Assembly: GCA_977020255.1 (NCBI GenBank)
Contig: CDROCS010005983.1
Span: forward strand, 1-58,595
DNA length: 58,595 nucleotides
DNA from: Obrimoposthia wandeli
Lineage: Eukaryota
Reading direction: 5' to 3'
Made by a program: the position numbers and the translations under genes. The notes beneath the pieces are model-generated. The model was given only the letters and a program-made list of their open reading frames with translations. It searched no databases and was not told the origin of the DNA. Below are positions 53,708 through 58,595 of this stretch, piece after piece (positions within the stretch are counted from its first letter, which is position 1; every line of letters starts with the position of its first letter).

Positions 53708-54493
53708 ATGCCATTTCAACATTACCGATTCAGCACTCTTGGAGTGTCTTTAAGTAGTGCACTAGAAGAATTTGCTGAAATGTACAAATTACCGAGAACT
53801 TTTACTCAACAAGTAATCTTTATTGTATATTGTCATTCAATAGAAATTTTAGGTTTATAATGAGTTTGACGATATTATAAATGACAAACTTGAGAAAAAT
53901 GTCACAGATAAGATGACATTTAACGGTGATATGAGAGCGTACAGGTTTTGTGACAGTGTTTGGACATTCATTATGGAAAATTTGATCGTAATACAAAATG
54001 GAAAAAAGAAACTTTATCCGAAGGTTAGTTAATAAAAAAAATTACCAAGTATTTTGTTTAGATTTTTTTAACTTATAGCATTGAGATAAAGCATAATTTT
54101 GATAAATTGTAATGTATGCGAAGTCATTTGATTATTCGTAATGGTAAACATATATATTTAAATACACTTTTTAAAACATTCTCTTTCTTTTAAATTAACA
54201 TATAAATAGCCAAGCTGTACATTATTGCCATCATTTATAATACATATATTTTTAAAGTACCTCAAACATGTGCATATTGAGCATTTTTGTTACAAATACC
54301 TATTCTCTTAACACCGGTTATTAAAAAACTCTTTTTTTTTCACTTAGAACTTTTCATACAATCACATTTTCTCATCGATTTTTCTTGTATTCAGGTCAAA
54401 ATCGTGGCTGTGGATCAACAAACAAACAGTAAGCGGAAATTGGAAGTCGATGATGAAGAAGTACAGCCACCATCTAAAAGATATCGATATTAA
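53708..54493 (+). CDS. GTF2A2-like: TFIIA-gamma homolog copy 7; exons 53708-53812, 53853-54023, 54395-54493
   Basis: Exons appear identical to copy 1 and splice sites are intact. Confidence 0.92.
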
Positions 54494-57400
54494 ATGAATA
54501 TTGAAAAATAAAAATGTTTTTGTTTTGCAATATTAATTATCTATCTCTATTTTTATAACCTTGCCATTTCCCTTTTTCCCATTTCTCTCCCGGTGTTGAA
54601 ATTTGAATTGGTTTTCAAATGCTATGGTGAGTTGGATCATGTAAATTCAAATAATGTGCGTCCCAGCGATTCGTTTAAAATATTCCAGAATTCATCGTAC
54701 AGTAATAAGGACTGAATGATGCATTTCCCTGATCTATATTTCCTGTAAATCCGACTAGAGTATATTGTCTAAAACCAGACCCATCAGTGGTAATCCAATG
54801 TTCAGTGTCATGGTAGTGTATCATATCATCACATGTAGGAATGTTCCAAATGTTATCACGGCCTAGGACATGTCCACGATTTACACTGCATGAAGGAGAG
54901 GAAGTTGTTTGGCATGACCGCCCGTTAATCTGATAATTGTGACTAGACTCATACTTCAGTTTCGCTTCATCGTTTTGAAGGCATCTAGTTTGCAATAACT
55001 TGAATTTCGTTAGAATAATTTGCAATTACTACACCATGATTACCACTTCTTTCATGGTTTGGTTATTCGACTATGTTTCGAGTTGTATAGACTAAATTGT
55101 AAATATTTCTCTTTGAATATAGATTGCACAGGAATATGGTGTATAGAGTATATTGTAAAAAAGAAAGTGCCTCATTATTGAAAATGCGAACAACTGTAAA
55201 GAAAAATTACCAAAATCTCATTAACTTTTATCAGAACAATCATTTAATATCCAGCCATCAGAACGACTGTAAAACATTTCTTTAGTGCCTACAACTTATC
55301 AATATTTGGACACATTCAAATTCTCTAAATAAATCCATTTATGTACATTTTGATTTTTTTAAACCAGACTCTAATTCAAGAAGGATTCCTTGCCCACGTT
55401 CTATTCACCACGTTGTCTTCAATAAACTTTATTATACGCAGATGAATACGCGATTGACTGAAGTATTTCGGTTTTTGGTAATTTTTGCTATAAAAACTTG
55501 TTAAAGTAAATACACCATCTTCATCTAAACTTAATTGACACAAAATATCTTATAAATATTAAAATGAGAAGATAAAAATTCTTCAAAGTCCGAAACGTCC
55601 TACTTTTAAATAAGCCTGTATACATCCTAGATTCGACAGGGGTACCCTCGTCGCGATACAAGTCTTGTCAGTCCTCAAAGACATCCGGATCCAGTTTGTA
55701 CCCTCAAATCAGAACTCTGCATATTATCCTAGTCGGGAAAGATACCTGCTAGGAGAAGCCAAGGAAGACTGGGCTTATGTTTTCAGGGAGGAAACAAGAC
55801 TATTCGCTGTGTACTAACAGACAAAAGTCTTCGAATGCCATTATCTCTTGTTGGCAATACGCCCCATTTATGTCTTAGTATTTTCTGTTCTCGTTGGTCA
55901 CATCACTCTCTTCGCCTATCAAGCACTTATCCAGGCGTGATGGGATTGGCGAGATTTTTATATATAAGCAGCTGCGAAATATAAGTAATTACCAGTTTGC
56001 TATTGTCAATATTTATTGTAGGTTTTAGCAAAAGTTTAAATTTTTAGTAAAATATTTATATTAAAACCTAAACATTGAGTCTATTGTTTACGCCCAAGAA
56101 TTTGAGAAGCCAGTATTCTTTTCAGAAGATTATATTTGGGAACTTCAGAAACTAACCCTGTTATGAAACCAAACAAAGTTAATTGAATTTTCTCCGTAGG
56201 GTTTGACAAGGAACACGGTGATAATTATTACATTGACATAAACAATATCTAAGAAACTCATTATCTATGACAGCTCATTGAATTTTTGTTCGAGTTACTT
56301 TTGATATTAGAAAACCTCTGATTTAACAGTATCTGGGGAAATTATTATCTATGGCGCACTTTGATCTCCAGCAACAGAAAATGGACAACTGGTAATAATA
56401 GTTTGTCATTCAGAATTCTAATTTAAAATTACTATATAAACAGTATTTCTGCATATTACGTCAAACTTCATTTAATCTTTCAGATAATTAAGATAACAGT
56501 AACCCTGAATACTTTTAAACATCAAATTGGTTTAATTTAAATCGAACTTTAGTTTATTTTAATTATTAATTAAAATGTTCATTTCAATAAACGAATTTTT
56601 TTTTGTTGAATGAGCATTTGTTAAATTATACTGTGACTTATAATCGCTTGTCTTATTATAATAATCATCATTTTACCAGTTTTTATTTAAATACATCTTT
56701 ATTAGTTTTTTAAATCCAGTGCTTTGATTTAACCCGATTATTATTATTTAATTTTTGGTAAATAGCACAACAATCAGGAATTATATTTAATGTTGTGAAA
56801 TGAATTTGGCCTACTACTTACCAGGCTAGTTAAGCGATTTTGGACGAATTTGTAAAGAGGATTTAGTTTGGATTTGTCAACCATAGAGTGAATAGGAAGA
56901 TGTGAAACTAAATATTCCGACGTTACAGAAAAAGACTGAAATGTCAATAGAATGCATCACTTACCCAATGTGTCGGGCTCCGATGTTTTCCCATTTCGCA
57001 ACCACTACATGGGTCAGCACTGCGCGAGAGGTGTGGCATTCCGGTCGAGGCCAGACGCATCCCATCGATCGTCCTGGCATATTCGCTGAATCTCCAGCGA
57101 CCCCGATAATGACAGTGGGCAGAACCATTCAATTTATGGAGGATCAAAACATCGAGGCGGACTTCGCTATATCCCCACCTGTTTTGCCGTTCCTACCTTG
57201 TTTTTTTCTACCTGTTATCTTTTGACCCTACCTTCTCACCAGCTTCCTTGTAGAATACATATGTATAATAACTAAAGATAAAACTAATGATTCTGATTTT
57301 AATTCTTTTGTCTAAAATGTATTAGGAACGTGTATTAAACTTTATATACAAGATAAATAATTAATTAAACCCGGAACTCAAAATGATACAAAGTCTATAA

Positions 57401-58595
57401 TAAAAGCCGGATGCAAACTATGTTATTTTTAAAAAATTCAAGTCTCTAAGTTCGATCCCTACGATAAATATGTAGCCAGTAGAATTGCGCAACATCCGTC
57501 AAATTGTAAAATCATGCAATATTTGTATAAATCACATAGTTGCTGAATAATGTTACACAATATGGCAACATGCAACACCTAATTACGTGGTACAACGTAG
57601 AACTCTCTTCAGAACAGATTGATGCTAACAAAATAATTGAACTTTCCAATTTTCTGACGATTTTGAGACGTAGAAAATGATGCAGAATAGCTTACAGATG
57701 AAGATGACTAAAATCATGTTTTCTGTAACTACAAATATAATATTATGTAATTGAACATTTCATAAACCTAATAAGAAAATAATTCTACTTTGGCAATCTA
57801 TAAGAATTTAATTTCAGTCTTTAAAAAACTGCGTTATATTTATATAAATAAAACTGTACCCATGTTAATTAATAAATTACAATATATTACAAGATGAGAA
57901 CTAATCTATTTGATTTCTAAATTTAACATTTATAAAATACTTATAAAACTCTAAAATATTAAGAAAATAGAAATCATTGTTTTGTTAGATTTTTTTAATA
58001 ATCTAATAAATGTAACATATATAACATATAAAAATATTTTCATTCAAAAACGCAGAATGTGCTGGCTACTATACATAAACGGATGTATATTTACATGGAT
58101 TCTCGCAAGGAAAAATCCTTCTATAATCAAGAAATCATATTATATTTTCAATAATATATGTAGAACTGTGACACCTAAATTCTCCAAGATTTACATAAAT
58201 TATTTCGAGAGGAAAAAAGTATCAACCGCTTAAAAAACTGATGTCAATCGAGAAAACACTTTAAACTTTTAAGTATAAGGCTAAAAAATTTTATATACCA
58301 ATAAGAAAACAAAGAAACATACAGTTACTAAATAATGTATTGTCTAAAATTTCATTATGAATGCCAACAATTAGTTTGTCATTTTAAAACAGGTTCGTTC
58401 TTTTTAATTTGTTTATTTTTATTCTTTTATATTATTTTTATCACCACTATCGTTGTTATAATATTTATTTTTTTATTTTACGTAACTCAATAATTGTTGG
58501 CCCTTGGTCATTTTTAAAGTAATAAAATTATATTACCATTTTTATATTTAATAAAGCCCAACAGTTACATTAAATTGTCAACACAAATTTACATT

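Larger units (their letters stand above)
1..58595. repeat. Tandem array of ~7.3-8.6 kb units (7 complete + 1 partial), near-identical copies
   Basis: A landmark ORF (MKLNIP...) recurs at 1995, 9305, 17239, 25794, 33108, 41039, 48345 and 56902. Spacings are 7310, 7934, 8555, 7314, 7931, 7306 and 8557, i.e. ~7310 + n x 622. All copies are in the same orientation. Confidence 0.98.

Noticed and set aside
6115-54493. Near-invariance of the exons as proof of purifying selection among copies
   Set aside because: The exons are only 375 bp per unit and substitutions are sparse everywhere. One synonymous change is too little evidence.
760-58233. Most ORF-track entries (MSAKFPFT, MTKGGHQ, MNCCLA, MKLNIP, MILHKL, MHLLHH, MIITLL etc.) as genuine proteins
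   Set aside because: They are short, have no recognisable motifs and often use non-ATG starts. Several change length with homopolymer indels. Their recurrence reflects the array, not selection.
1-58595. CRISPR array, prokaryotic operon, rDNA, 5S or histone cluster
   Set aside because: There is no short repeat-spacer structure, and spliceosomal introns indicate a eukaryote. No rRNA or histone sequence was recognisable despite the similar unit size.
57600-58595. Increasingly divergent last ~1 kb
   Set aside because: Same indel-rich pattern, worsening towards the end, so most likely contig-end error.

Overview
Eukaryotic, strongly AT-rich DNA (about 25% GC by eye, not computed). The whole window is a head-to-tail tandem array of 7 complete units and 1 partial unit. 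Units start at about 1, 7313, 15245, 23800, 31115, 39048, 46351 and 54907. Unit length is about 7.31 kb plus 0, 1 or 2 extra copies of an internal 622-bp module (core copy numbers 1,2,3,1,2,1,3). Each complete unit carries an intact three-exon gene that the ORF track misses because it is spliced. It encodes a 124-aa divergent homolog of the small (gamma) subunit of general transcription factor TFIIA (GTF2A2/TfIIA-S/Toa2). The Y65/F67/W72 TBP-contact residues are kept, and a new C-terminal bipartite-NLS-like tail is added. Directly upstream are one, possibly two, further degenerate TFIIA-gamma-like N-terminal segments. A convergent antisense 116-codon ORF lies downstream. The rest of the unit looks like decayed retroelements: a Penelope-like GIY-YIG/pLTR remnant with a broken hammerhead-like fold, and a LINE 3' fragment. 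The main candidate for a new system is an ampliconic, near-identical array of a specialised TFIIA-gamma paralog. Its function, organism and true copy number cannot be determined from this window, and collapse or mis-assembly of the array cannot be excluded. No database searches were run; homologies are hand alignments to sequences recalled from memory.
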